Below, piece after piece: positions 20,896 through 30,912 of a DNA stretch of 64,000 nucleotides. The notes beneath the pieces were generated by a model, which did not search any database, was not told the origin of the DNA, and saw only the letters and a list, made by a program, of their open reading frames with translations. Within the stretch, counting starts at the first letter, position 1, and the number at the start of each line of letters is the position of its first letter. The stretch spans positions 1 to 64,000 of IMG/VR virus record IMGVR_UViG_3300025889_018307. One strand, given 5' to 3'. This DNA comes from a virus. The translations under genes and the position numbers were made by a program.

Positions 20896-21343
20896 AACTC
20901 CTAATATGTATACTATGGACGATTTTTCGGACATTACTAATCAAAACCTAGGAGATTTGAATAACAAGTTATTTTGTACATTTACAACCTTAGAGAATTT
21001 AGATTTACTTCTAAAATCTATTACAGACAAATACAATATAATGTATAACAAAATATTTGTTTTGTATGTAAAGGAAAATGACGAGTATGTTTGCACATAT
21101 AACATAGATCAAGGTAATATCTCTGACTTACCAGAAAATACAATTTTAGTTCATAGGAAAAAAGAAACAAACACATTGTATACTATCAATGCTTTAAATG
21201 AACTTATCAAAAAATTAAACGGAGGAGTAGTAGACACTAAGTTTCCTATAACTTGGGAACACTACAAAAACTCCGTATTATTAACTCAACATGATGAGTT
21301 AAAACAATTAAAAACAAAAATACATAAAATAATTGAACTATAG
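20870..21343 (+). CDS. Conserved phage hypothetical protein (start possibly 20906 or 20915)
   Basis: KLFCTF, VHRKKETNTLYTINALN. Confidence 0.75.
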   Translation: MEATTILNKTPNMYTMDDFSDITNQNLGDLNNKLFCTFTTLENLDLLLKSITDKYNIMYNKIFVLYVKENDEYVCTYNIDQGNISDLPENTILVHRKKETNTLYTINALNELIKKLNGGVVDTKFPITWEHYKNSVLLTQHDELKQLKTKIHKIIEL

Positions 21344-21344
21344 T

Positions 21345-21373
21345 TTGGTTACCCTAAGTATTTGTTGTATATT
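21345..21373 (+). promoter_or_regulatory. Early/middle promoter TTGG-N19-TATATT
   Basis: ttggttaccctaagtatttgttgtatatt. Confidence 0.75.
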
Positions 21374-21408
21374 ACTCACAGTTATAAAATAAATTAAAAG
21401 TTATTATT

Positions 21409-22233
21409 ATGGATTTAAATCAAATCAAATCGAAGTTAGAGTCACTTCAATCACAAACAAACTCAAATAAAGGAACAGGAAAATCATTATTTTGGAAACC
21501 TTCTGTAGGAAAACAACAAGTTAGAGTTGTTCCTAATAAGTACAATAAGTCATTCCCTTTTACTGAAATGATGTTTTATTATGGTATTGGTCAGAGAGTA
21601 ATGGCTTCTCCCTTGAATTGGGGTGAAAAAGATCCAATTCAAGAATTTACAAAACAATTACGTGCTAGTGGAGATAAAGAAAATTGGTATTTAGCTAAAA
21701 AATTAGATGCTAAAACTCGTATTTTTGCACCTGTAATTGTAAGAGGTGAAGAAGAAGAAGGTGTTAAATTATGGCAATTTGGTAAAGAAGTTTATCAAGC
21801 ATTCTTAAATTTAGCAGCTGATGATGAAATTGGAGATTATACTGATGTATCAGGAGGAAGAGATATTAAATTAACAACTGTAGGTCCTGAAGTAACAGGA
21901 ACTCCTTACAATAAAACTACAATATCTCCATCAATGAAGCAATCACCTATTAGTGATAATGCTACTATAGTTGAAAGAGCTTTAGATACTCAACCTAACC
22001 CAAAAGAAGTATTTAAAAGACTTACTTTTGATGAAGTTAAAGCTAATTTAGAAACATTTTTAAAACCTGAAGGTGGAGAAGAAGATGATATTATCTCTGA
22101 ACCAGCAGTAGCTTTTGATGGTGAATCTAATAATTATTCACTTGAAGGTAAAGATACAACATCTAAAGAAGATAAATTTGATGCTTTATTTGATGATAAA
22201 AAGCCTGCTATTGATGATGATTTACCATTCTAA
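21409..22233 (+). CDS. Single-stranded DNA-binding protein (gp32-like)
   Basis: FWKP, GVKLWQFGK, GDYTD..GRD; acidic DDDLPF tail. Confidence 0.8.
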   Translation: MDLNQIKSKLESLQSQTNSNKGTGKSLFWKPSVGKQQVRVVPNKYNKSFPFTEMMFYYGIGQRVMASPLNWGEKDPIQEFTKQLRASGDKENWYLAKKLDAKTRIFAPVIVRGEEEEGVKLWQFGKEVYQAFLNLAADDEIGDYTDVSGGRDIKLTTVGPEVTGTPYNKTTISPSMKQSPISDNATIVERALDTQPNPKEVFKRLTFDEVKANLETFLKPEGGEEDDIISEPAVAFDGESNNYSLEGKDTTSKEDKFDALFDDKKPAIDDDLPF

Positions 22234-22236
22234 AAT

Positions 22237-23310
22237 ATGGCTAGAAAAAAATCACTTACAGAAGCTGCCTCTAAGGAACTTAGATCAAAATTTGATCTAG
22301 GTGCCTTTAAGGATAAAAAAGGTTTAAGACAAAATGTTAAGTTTAAAGACCAGGAATGGATCCCTTTATCTTCAGCATTTCAAGATGTTACTTCAATCCC
22401 TGGTATTCCTATGGGACATATTGTACTTCTTAGAGGTCATTCAGACACAGGTAAAACTACTGCATTATTAGAAGCAGCAGTATCCGCACAAAAAAGAAAT
22501 ATTCTACCTGTTTTTATTATTACAGAAATGAAATGGTCTTGGGATCATGCTAAAATGATGGGGATGGATGTTAATGAAGTAGTTGATAAAACTACAGGTG
22601 AAATTACTAACTATGAAGGTAATTTTATTTATGTAGATAGAGAAACTATTAATTCTATTGAAGATGTAGCAGGATTTATTTTAGATTTAATGGATGAACA
22701 GAAAAAAGGTAATTTACCCTATGATTTACTTTTCTTGTGGGATTCTATAGGATCAGTACCTTGTGAAATGTCTATTAAATCAAATAAAAATAATAATGAG
22801 TGGAATGCAGGTGCTATGTCAACTCAGTTTGGTAATAGTGTAAATCAACGTATTACATTGTCACGTAAAGAATCATCTCCATATACTAATACACTTGTAT
22901 GTATTAATAAAGTTTGGACGTTAAAAGCAGAATCCCCAATGGGTCAACCTAAATTAATGAATAAAGGAGGATATGCAATGTGGTTTGATTCTACATTTGT
23001 AGTTACCTTTGGTAACGTAATGTCTGCTGGTACCTCTAAAATAAAAGCTATTAAAGATGGTAAACAAGTTGAATTTGCTAAAAGAGTAAATATTCAAATT
23101 GATAAAAACCATATTAATGGCGTTACTACAAGAGGTAAAATTGTTATGACTCCCCATGGATTTATTAATGATAATGACAGAGAATTAAAAGATTATAAAG
23201 ATGCTAGAAAAGATGATTGGGCTGCTATATTAGGTGGTGGTGATTTCAGAGTAGTAGAAGAAGATCAATCCTACACTGATATAACATCTTTTGGAGAAGA
23301 ACCACAATAA
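22237..23310 (+). CDS. uvsX: RecA/UvsX-like recombinase
   Basis: GIPMG, Walker A GHSDTGKTT, WDSIGS, KGG, KNH. Confidence 0.85.
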   Translation: MARKKSLTEAASKELRSKFDLGAFKDKKGLRQNVKFKDQEWIPLSSAFQDVTSIPGIPMGHIVLLRGHSDTGKTTALLEAAVSAQKRNILPVFIITEMKWSWDHAKMMGMDVNEVVDKTTGEITNYEGNFIYVDRETINSIEDVAGFILDLMDEQKKGNLPYDLLFLWDSIGSVPCEMSIKSNKNNNEWNAGAMSTQFGNSVNQRITLSRKESSPYTNTLVCINKVWTLKAESPMGQPKLMNKGGYAMWFDSTFVVTFGNVMSAGTSKIKAIKDGKQVEFAKRVNIQIDKNHINGVTTRGKIVMTPHGFINDNDRELKDYKDARKDDWAAILGGGDFRVVEEDQSYTDITSFGEEPQ

Positions 23311-23312
23311 AT

Positions 23313-23346
23313 TTTGATACCCGGAATATCTTTCGTATATTCCGGG
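23313..23346 (+). promoter_or_regulatory. Early/middle promoter embedded in a 10-bp inverted repeat
   Basis: TTTG-N19-TATATT overlapping cccggaatat-ctttcgt-atattccggg. Confidence 0.7.
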
Positions 23347-23362
23347 AATAAAATCACACCAT

Positions 23363-24394
23363 ATGAAACAAAAAGAACTATTTAGTCTTCTGGACAGTAT
23401 CCAGGAGCAAGGCCCAGAGACTGAAACTCATGAAAGAATATTATTTATAGATGGTTTAAATTTATTCTTTAGAAATTTTGCTGTATTAAATATGGTAAAC
23501 CCTTTAGGTATTCATATTGGGGGTTTAGGTGGATTCTTTCGTTCTTTAGGAGCTATGATTAGACAAATAAATCCTACTCAAGTTTATGTAGTATTTGATG
23601 GTGCTGGTTCTGCTAATAATAGAAAAAATATAATGCCCGAGTATAAATCAGGTAGAGATCTTCAACGTATTACTAATTGGGATGCATTTGATGATAAAGA
23701 TGATGAGGATGATGCTAAGGTAGACCAAATGGTTAGAATCATTCAATATTTAAAGACATTACCTGTTAAAACTGTAAGTATTGATAAAGTAGAAGCTGAT
23801 GATATTATAGCATATTTAAGTAAAACAATTCCCCAACATCCTAAAGATAAAGCATTTATTGTATCTTCAGATAAAGACTTTTTACAATTAGTTAGTGATA
23901 ATATTATTGTTTACCGTCCTATGGAAAAGGAATATTACACAGCTCAAACTGTAATTGATAAATATAAAATATCTCCTCATAATTTTATTTTACACAAAAC
24001 ATTATTAGGTGATAATTCTGATAAAATTAAGGGTGTTAAAGGATTAGGTGAAAAAGGTTTATTAAAAAAATTCCCTGAATTAGTAGAAAAAGATATGAAT
24101 TGGGATGATATATTAAATATTTGTGAAAATAAAATATCTGACCATGTTGTATATGCTAGAATAATTCATGGTCAGGATGATTTAGAAAAAAATTATAAAA
24201 TAATGGATTTAAGTAATCCTATGCTTAGTAAAGAAGACAAAGAATGGTTAGATAAGGTAGTAGAATCAAACGACCTTTCGTATTATCCAGATCAATTCGT
24301 AGCAATGTATAATGAAGACCAAATGGGTGGTTTAATTAGAAATGTTGAGTTTTGGGTTAAAGATTGTTTTCAAAATTTAGTTGTAAAAAAATAG
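23363..24394 (+). CDS. 5'-3' exonuclease / flap endonuclease (T4 RNase H-like)
   Basis: IDGLN, VVFDG, YK.GR, EADD, SSDKD, GDNSD.I.GV.G.G. Confidence 0.92.
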   Translation: MKQKELFSLLDSIQEQGPETETHERILFIDGLNLFFRNFAVLNMVNPLGIHIGGLGGFFRSLGAMIRQINPTQVYVVFDGAGSANNRKNIMPEYKSGRDLQRITNWDAFDDKDDEDDAKVDQMVRIIQYLKTLPVKTVSIDKVEADDIIAYLSKTIPQHPKDKAFIVSSDKDFLQLVSDNIIVYRPMEKEYYTAQTVIDKYKISPHNFILHKTLLGDNSDKIKGVKGLGEKGLLKKFPELVEKDMNWDDILNICENKISDHVVYARIIHGQDDLEKNYKIMDLSNPMLSKEDKEWLDKVVESNDLSYYPDQFVAMYNEDQMGGLIRNVEFWVKDCFQNLVVKK

Positions 24395-24398
24395 TTAT

Positions 24399-25772
24399 AT
24401 GACATTAACAAATTTAAATTCATATGGAACTAGCTTCCAGATTAAGGTAATTTCTTCTTTATTAACACATAAAGAATTTTTAGTAAACATTAACGATATG
24501 TTAGTTGAAGATTACTTTGATAACCAAGCTCATAAATGGATTATTAAAGAAATACTAAGGTATTATGATAAATATCATACTACACCTTCAATGGAAACAT
24601 TAGCTGTTGAATTACAAAAATGTGGAAATGAAGTTTTACAAATATCTATAAAAGAACAACTTAAGGAAGCTTATAAAAGTTCAAGTGATGATTTAAAATA
24701 TGTACAAGAAGAATTTGCTGCCTTTTGTAAAAATCAACAATTAAAAGGAGCTTTATTACAAAGTGTTGATTTATTAAAAGGTGGGGATTATGAATCTATT
24801 AGATCATTAATTAATAATGCTATTAAAGCTGGACAAGATAAAAATATAGGACATGAATATGCTAAAGACGTTGAATCAAGATATAGAGAAGATAGTAGAA
24901 CGACAATTAAAACCCCTTGGGATAAAATTAATCAATTACTTCAGGGAGGCCTCGGAAATGGAGATTTTGGCCTTATATTTGGTAATCCAGGGGGTGGTAA
25001 ATCTTGGTCGTTAGTTGCATTAGGAGGACATGCGGTTAAATTAGGATATAATGTTTTACATTATACTTTAGAATTAGGAGAACAATATGTAGGAAGAAGA
25101 TATGATGCTTTCTTTTCTAGGATAGGTGTAGATAAAATCCAAAAACATAAAGATAAAATTGAAACCTTAATGAGTGATATAAAAGGAAATTTAATAATAA
25201 AAGAATTTCCTACAGGTAAAGCAACAATTTCTACTATAGAAGCGCATATTCAAAAAGTAAAAGATATGGGAATTGAACCTGATTTAATTATAATTGATTA
25301 TGTTGATCTTCTTTCATCAAAAAGAAGGACTGTCGATCGTAAAGGTGAAATTGATGATATTTATACTAGTACAAAAGGATTAGCTCGTGAGTTAGATATC
25401 CCAGTTTGGAGTGTTTCTCAAGTAAATAGAGCTGGTGCTAAAGATAATATTGTAGAGGGAGATAAAGCAGCTGGATCATATGATAAAATTATGATAACAG
25501 ATGTTTGTATTTCTCTTTCTAGACAACGTAAAGATAAAGTAGAAGGAACGGGAAGATTCCATATTATGAAAAATCGATATGGGATGGATGGATTAACATT
25601 TGGAGTTAAAGCAGATACATCTACAGGACATTTTGAAGTATCTAATGATCTTTATAATGAAGAAGAAGATAGTACTGATAATACTCCAATCCCACAAACC
25701 AATAGTTTTAGTGGAATAGATAAATTTGATAGATCTGAGTTGCAAAAGAAATTTTTTGAATTAAATTCGTAA
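24399..25772 (+). CDS. dnaB: DnaB-like replicative helicase
   Basis: GNPGGGKS, YTLEL, IIIDYVD, SQVNR, KNRYG. Confidence 0.92.
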   Translation: MTLTNLNSYGTSFQIKVISSLLTHKEFLVNINDMLVEDYFDNQAHKWIIKEILRYYDKYHTTPSMETLAVELQKCGNEVLQISIKEQLKEAYKSSSDDLKYVQEEFAAFCKNQQLKGALLQSVDLLKGGDYESIRSLINNAIKAGQDKNIGHEYAKDVESRYREDSRTTIKTPWDKINQLLQGGLGNGDFGLIFGNPGGGKSWSLVALGGHAVKLGYNVLHYTLELGEQYVGRRYDAFFSRIGVDKIQKHKDKIETLMSDIKGNLIIKEFPTGKATISTIEAHIQKVKDMGIEPDLIIIDYVDLLSSKRRTVDRKGEIDDIYTSTKGLARELDIPVWSVSQVNRAGAKDNIVEGDKAAGSYDKIMITDVCISLSRQRKDKVEGTGRFHIMKNRYGMDGLTFGVKADTSTGHFEVSNDLYNEEEDSTDNTPIPQTNSFSGIDKFDRSELQKKFFELNS

Positions 25773-25790
25773 CTTAATAAATAAAATAAA

Positions 25791-26777
25791 ATGGCAAGAA
25801 AAGACATAACAAAAGAAAGAATAGTATATAAACCCTTTGAATATCCAACAGCATTTGATTATTGGTTAAAACAACAACAAGCACATTGGATTCATACAGA
25901 AGTTCCAATGATGAGTGATATTAATGATTGGAAGCAAAATTTAACAGAAACCGAAAAAAATATTATAGGTTCGATTTTAAAGGGATTTGCCCAAACTGAA
26001 ACAGTAGTTAATGATTATTGGACTGGATTAGTTACAAAATGGTTTAGAAAACCAGAAATTATTGCTATGGCAACTGTATTTGGTGCTATGGAAACTATTC
26101 ATGCTGAAGCTTATAGTCTATTAAATGAAGAATTAGGTTTAGATGATTTTTCTGAGTTTTTAGAAGATGAAACCACAATGGCTAAAATTGAAACATTAAT
26201 GAATGTTAGAGATTCATTTAATGGTGAGGTAGATTGGCATGAAAGAGCTAAATCACTAGCTATATTCTCAGCATTTACAGAGGGAGTAAATTTATTTTCA
26301 TCTTTTGCTGTCTTATTATCATTTAAATTAAGAAATAAATTAAAAGGTGTGGGTCAAATTGTTGAATGGTCAATTAGAGATGAGTCAATGCATTCAGATG
26401 CTGGGTGTTGGTTATTTAGAACATTATTAGAAGAAAAACCAGAATTAAAAACACCAGAATTAGAAGCAGCAATTAATGAAGCAGCTTTACTTTCATTACA
26501 ATTAGAGTTAGATTTTATTGAAAAAGTATATGAGATGGGTGATTTAGAAGGTTGTAGTAAAGATGATTTAATTTCATTTATTAAACATAGAGTAAATACT
26601 AAAATGGGTGATTTAGGTTATAGACCTATTGTAAATGGTATTGATGTTAAAGCAGTAGAAAGAATGAAATGGTTTGATCATCTATCAGCTGGAAAACAAC
26701 ATACAGATTTCTTTGCAAATAGAGTAACAAATTATAGTAAAGGAGTACAAGATTGGGATGCGTCCGCAATATTTTAA
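25791..26777 (+). CDS. nrdB: Ribonucleotide reductase class I beta subunit
   Basis: ETIHAEAY, EGVNLFSSF, RDESMH, DFF..RV.NY. Confidence 0.95.
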   Translation: MARKDITKERIVYKPFEYPTAFDYWLKQQQAHWIHTEVPMMSDINDWKQNLTETEKNIIGSILKGFAQTETVVNDYWTGLVTKWFRKPEIIAMATVFGAMETIHAEAYSLLNEELGLDDFSEFLEDETTMAKIETLMNVRDSFNGEVDWHERAKSLAIFSAFTEGVNLFSSFAVLLSFKLRNKLKGVGQIVEWSIRDESMHSDAGCWLFRTLLEEKPELKTPELEAAINEAALLSLQLELDFIEKVYEMGDLEGCSKDDLISFIKHRVNTKMGDLGYRPIVNGIDVKAVERMKWFDHLSAGKQHTDFFANRVTNYSKGVQDWDASAIF

Positions 26778-26788
26778 AAATATAAAAA

Positions 26789-28501
26789 ATGGATAATAAT
26801 AGTTTAGTAGCAGATTACTCCCAATGGGAGAAGGGTAAAGATTACCCTGAATTTATGGATGAAGTAGCTTTATCAACAATTAGCAAAGGATATTTACTAC
26901 CAGGAGAAACACCTAAAAAAGCATATAGAAGAGTTGCTCACGCAGTAGCAATTAGGTTAAATCGCCCTGATTTAGAATCAAAATTCTTTAAATATATTTG
27001 GAATGGTTGGATTGGTTTAGCATCTCCTGTACTTTCAAATACAGGTACAGATAGAGGTTTACCTATTTCTTGCTTTGGTGTTGATACACCTGATTCAATT
27101 AGAGGAATTGGTTTAACTAATGCTGAACTAATGAAATTAACAGCAGCAGGAGGTGGTGTTGGTGTTTCTGTTTCTAGAATTAGACCTAGAGGAGCTGAAA
27201 TTAGGGGTAATGGTAAATCAGAAGGTGTAGTACCTTGGTGTAAGATTTATGATTCTGCTATTATTGCTACTAATCAAGGTAATGTAAGAAGAGGAGCAGC
27301 TTCTGTTAATTTAAAAGTATCTCATCCTGATATTGAAGAGTATTTACAAATTAGAAGACCTAAAGGTGATCCTAATAGACAATGTTTAAATTTACATCAA
27401 TGTGTTGTTGTTGATGATTCATTTATGAGAAAATTAAATGATAGAGATGAAACAGCAATGAAAATATGGTTAGAAATTCTAAAATCAAGAATGGAAACAG
27501 GAGAACCATATATTATGTTTGAAGACAATGTAAATAAAGACAATCCTTTAGCTTATATGATGAATAATCTTAATGTTTCAATGACAAACATTTGCACAGA
27601 AATAACACTCTATACAGATGAGGAGCACTCATTTATATGCTGTTTATCTTCGTTAAATCTTGCAAAATATGATGAATGGAAGGACACAGATGTTATTGAA
27701 ATTGCTACATACTTTTTAGATGGTGTTATGCAAGAATTTATTGATAAAACTAATGGAAAAGAAGCAATGAAGCGTACCCATAAACATGCTAAAAAAGGTA
27801 GAGCATTAGGTTTAGGAATAATGGGTTGGCATACTTTCTTACAAAAGAAAAATCTACCTTTTAATTGTATAGCTTCTACAGCTTGGACTCACACAATAAT
27901 GTCTAAAATTAGAAGTGAAGCAGAAGCAGCATCAAGAAAATTAGCTCAAGAATATGGTGAACCTTTATGGTGTAAAGGAACAGGAATGAGAAATACTCAT
28001 GTTTTAGCTATAGCCCCTACAGTTTCAAATTCAAGAATAGGAGGATGCTCGGCTGGAATTGAACCACAACCAGCAAATGTTTATACTTTTAATGGTGCTA
28101 AAGGTACTTTTATTGTTAAAAATCCAGAACTAGAAAAATTACTAACAGAAAAAGGTAAAAATACAAGTAAAGTTTGGGATCAAATTTTAGCAGATGAAGG
28201 TTCAGTACAAAATTTACCTGCTGATATTTTAACTGAAGATGAAAAAGAAGTATTTTTAACATTTGCGGAAACAAACCAATTAGCATTAGTCCAACAAGCA
28301 GCAATTAGACAAAAATACATTGATCAAACCCAATCACTTAATTTAGCATTTTCTCCAACAGATTCCCCAAAATGGATTAATCAAGTTCATATGGAAGCCT
28401 GGAAATTAGGTGTAAAAACATTATATTATTTAAGAACTGATTCAGTAATTAAAGGAGATTTAGGATCTCGTATGGCTGATTGTGTTTCTTGCGACGGTTA
28501 G
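26789..28501 (+). CDS. nrdA: Ribonucleotide reductase class I alpha subunit (no ATP cone)
   Basis: ISCF, TNICTE, APTVS, C-terminal CVSC. Confidence 0.95.
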   Translation: MDNNSLVADYSQWEKGKDYPEFMDEVALSTISKGYLLPGETPKKAYRRVAHAVAIRLNRPDLESKFFKYIWNGWIGLASPVLSNTGTDRGLPISCFGVDTPDSIRGIGLTNAELMKLTAAGGGVGVSVSRIRPRGAEIRGNGKSEGVVPWCKIYDSAIIATNQGNVRRGAASVNLKVSHPDIEEYLQIRRPKGDPNRQCLNLHQCVVVDDSFMRKLNDRDETAMKIWLEILKSRMETGEPYIMFEDNVNKDNPLAYMMNNLNVSMTNICTEITLYTDEEHSFICCLSSLNLAKYDEWKDTDVIEIATYFLDGVMQEFIDKTNGKEAMKRTHKHAKKGRALGLGIMGWHTFLQKKNLPFNCIASTAWTHTIMSKIRSEAEAASRKLAQEYGEPLWCKGTGMRNTHVLAIAPTVSNSRIGGCSAGIEPQPANVYTFNGAKGTFIVKNPELEKLLTEKGKNTSKVWDQILADEGSVQNLPADILTEDEKEVFLTFAETNQLALVQQAAIRQKYIDQTQSLNLAFSPTDSPKWINQVHMEAWKLGVKTLYYLRTDSVIKGDLGSRMADCVSCDG

Positions 28502-28523
28502 TATACTAGTAGTTATTCCCCAT

Positions 28524-28533
28524 ATATTTATAG
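28524..28533 (+). promoter_or_regulatory. Putative late promoter ATATTTATAG
   Basis: Heads the envelope/lysis block. Confidence 0.6.
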
Positions 28534-28545
28534 TAAAACACTTAT

Positions 28546-28821
28546 ATGGAAAAGTTAACACAATTTTGGAATTGGCTTTTGAATAAGACAACTCTAGACG
28601 AGAAAGCTGTTGAAGTTTATGATGAAGTAAAAGATAGGGCTAAAGAAATGGCTGATGAATTTAAAGATGTAAAAAAAGCTTTAAAAAATGTAGCTACTCA
28701 ATCTAAAGATGTTGTTAATGCTTCTAAAGGTAAAAAACGAAGAGGTAGACCTAAAAAAAACAATACTACTACCTCAGAATGGGAAGCAAATAAGGGTAGA
28801 CCTGCACCTAAAAAGAAATAA
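28546..28821 (+). CDS. Small helical protein with basic RGRP tail
   Basis: 91 aa; KRRGRPKK. Confidence 0.7.
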   Translation: MEKLTQFWNWLLNKTTLDEKAVEVYDEVKDRAKEMADEFKDVKKALKNVATQSKDVVNASKGKKRRGRPKKNNTTTSEWEANKGRPAPKKK

Positions 28822-29909
28822 TGATGAGAAACATATTACTATTACTTTTTCTACTTTTTTCTTTAAATTCTTATTCTCAAAATGAATTAAAGAAAATATT
28901 TAAATTTTCTACATTCTATGCAGCAGTAAACGGAGGAACTTCTCTTTCTAATGTTGATGTTTATTCAGTTACAGATGGTTTAACAACAACTACAATTGAA
29001 ACCCCATTTGATTATACATTAGCATTAGGAGTTAGAAAAATAGCTAGAATGGGTTATGAACCTAAAGAAGCATTTAAAAAGGGTCAAGAAAACTCATTTT
29101 CAGATGCTGCTACTATTGGTAAAGTTAAAGGATTTGAATTTTTATTTGAGGTTGATTATAAAAGACAAGAAGGAATTGAATATTTAGATCAACATCATTT
29201 TTTAAGATATGTATCTGAATGTGGAAATGATAAATGTACTAAACCCATATGTATTAAAAATTTTACTGCTAAAATTGAATATTTACAAGATGGGTTTGCT
29301 GACATAGAATATTTTGAAGCATCAGAGCGTTATAGATACAAATATAATAATAAATTATCATTTAATCTTGGTGCAGTTCAACGTTTATCTGAACCTTATG
29401 GTTATGATCCATTAGAAGAGTGGAAATTATCAAATGGTAATTTGCACTACACATATCTAGCATTAGAAGAAGGTTATAATGTTAATTTTATTTCACATGA
29501 TATTATTCAATATCTAGACCCACAAGGAAATATAGTAGCAGAAAATAATGAAGTTTGGGAAGCAGTAGTTATCCCACAAATATTAGCTGACTATACTGAG
29601 AAAAAAAGAGACCAACAAAACAACACTATACAACATTCATTAGTTATTGGATTTGATTATTATCATTATACTAAAACATTTTGGTTACACTCATGGGGTA
29701 ATTTAATGCCGTGGCATTATGATGGTGGTAGTGAATTTTCATATCATAACTTTAATGATGGTGAACAGTGGTATGATTATTCAGGTGGTTTAATATTTGG
29801 ATACAAATACAATAAAAATTTAGGGGTATTTATAGAAGGAAAATACAATAAATACTGGAATAGAGAGTGGCATGACTTTTCTGTAGGGATGAATTATATA
29901 ATATTTTAA
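28821..29909 (+). CDS. Secreted outer-membrane beta-barrel-like protein
   Basis: Sec signal (ILLLLFLLFSLNSYS-Q), alternating aromatic strands, C-terminal GMNYIIF. Confidence 0.65.
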   Translation: MMRNILLLLFLLFSLNSYSQNELKKIFKFSTFYAAVNGGTSLSNVDVYSVTDGLTTTTIETPFDYTLALGVRKIARMGYEPKEAFKKGQENSFSDAATIGKVKGFEFLFEVDYKRQEGIEYLDQHHFLRYVSECGNDKCTKPICIKNFTAKIEYLQDGFADIEYFEASERYRYKYNNKLSFNLGAVQRLSEPYGYDPLEEWKLSNGNLHYTYLALEEGYNVNFISHDIIQYLDPQGNIVAENNEVWEAVVIPQILADYTEKKRDQQNNTIQHSLVIGFDYYHYTKTFWLHSWGNLMPWHYDGGSEFSYHNFNDGEQWYDYSGGLIFGYKYNKNLGVFIEGKYNKYWNREWHDFSVGMNYIIF

Positions 29910-29912
29910 AAA

Positions 29913-30194
29913 ATGGCAAAAGAATTAAGTGAAAACACAAGTTTTAATGTTAGTATACAAACTCTAGTAGGTATAGGATTTGCCATTACTACAGTAGTAG
30001 GTATGTGGTTTGCATTACAAGCAGATATACAAGAAGCAAAAGAATTACCTGTACCCCCACCTCCAGCTATTACTAGAATGGAATTTGATATGAAAGACCA
30101 ATTAGTAAGACAAACCATTATGGATACTCAAAAAGATGTAGAAGAAATTAAAGAAACTTTAGAAAAAATAGAGGATAAATTATACGGTAGATAA
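29913..30194 (+). CDS. Single-TM coiled-coil protein
   Basis: TM helix, PVPPPP linker, heptads. Confidence 0.7.
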   Translation: MAKELSENTSFNVSIQTLVGIGFAITTVVGMWFALQADIQEAKELPVPPPPAITRMEFDMKDQLVRQTIMDTQKDVEEIKETLEKIEDKLYGR

Positions 30195-30198
30195 TTAT

Positions 30199-30504
30199 AT
30201 GAAATTTTTTAATAAAAATATTTGCTTAACATCACCTACAACTATAATGATTATAGTTGCTTTATTATTCAGTACAATAGTACTTGCTAATGTTTGGTCA
30301 AAAGAAGAAATTAAAATGATAGAAGTTAAAAGTAGTAATGAAGAGGAAATGTGGGTTCCTACTAAAGAAGATATAGCATATCAAGATAGTATGTATGTTA
30401 TAATTAAAAATACTCAAAATGATATAACAGACATTAAAAAAGATATAGTATATATTTTAGAAAGGTTAGATTACGAAGATGGTTCAAGGTGGGAAAATCG
30501 ATAA
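30199..30504 (+). CDS. Single-TM/secreted coiled-coil protein
   Basis: Hydrophobic IMIIVALLFSTIVLA, then a coiled coil. Confidence 0.65.
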   Translation: MKFFNKNICLTSPTTIMIIVALLFSTIVLANVWSKEEIKMIEVKSSNEEEMWVPTKEDIAYQDSMYVIIKNTQNDITDIKKDIVYILERLDYEDGSRWENR

Positions 30505-30521
30505 ACGTAGAAACCAATAAT

Positions 30522-30902
30522 ATGGAAAAAGATTATACATCAATAAAAATATTTGGAGGATATTTATTAATATTACTCCTTATGTTAATTTCAAACACAG
30601 CAAATGGTCAATCTCCTTGTGAAGATGAGGGTTTATGTGTAGTACAATTTAATGCTGGGTTTAATAAAGCAAATAAAGTACTTTGGATTGATGAATTAAA
30701 TGATTGTTCTAAAAAATTTATTGATATTCAAACTGATACTGAAGCAGCAAGTAAATATAAAATAGTAGTTGTTCCTACAATTGTAATATATAGTGATGGA
30801 GAAGAAGTTAGAAGATTTCAGGCAAATATTATGATGCAAATGGAAGCAACTAAAAAAGATGTACAAGAGAAGATTGATGAAATTATAATGTCAGATTTTT
30901 AA
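30522..30902 (+). CDS. Exported thioredoxin-fold protein lacking CxxC
   Basis: Signal peptide; VVQFNAGFN in place of WCxxC; KYKIVVVPT cis-Pro loop; GEEVRRF. ATG 30522 preferred over GTG 30489. Confidence 0.65.
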   Translation: MEKDYTSIKIFGGYLLILLLMLISNTANGQSPCEDEGLCVVQFNAGFNKANKVLWIDELNDCSKKFIDIQTDTEAASKYKIVVVPTIVIYSDGEEVRRFQANIMMQMEATKKDVQEKIDEIIMSDF

Positions 30903-30912
30903 AAATTAAATA

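Noticed and set aside
28499-28508. Palindrome tagtatacta after nrdA
   Set aside because: Short and AT-rich, no U-tract, not repeated elsewhere; likely chance.
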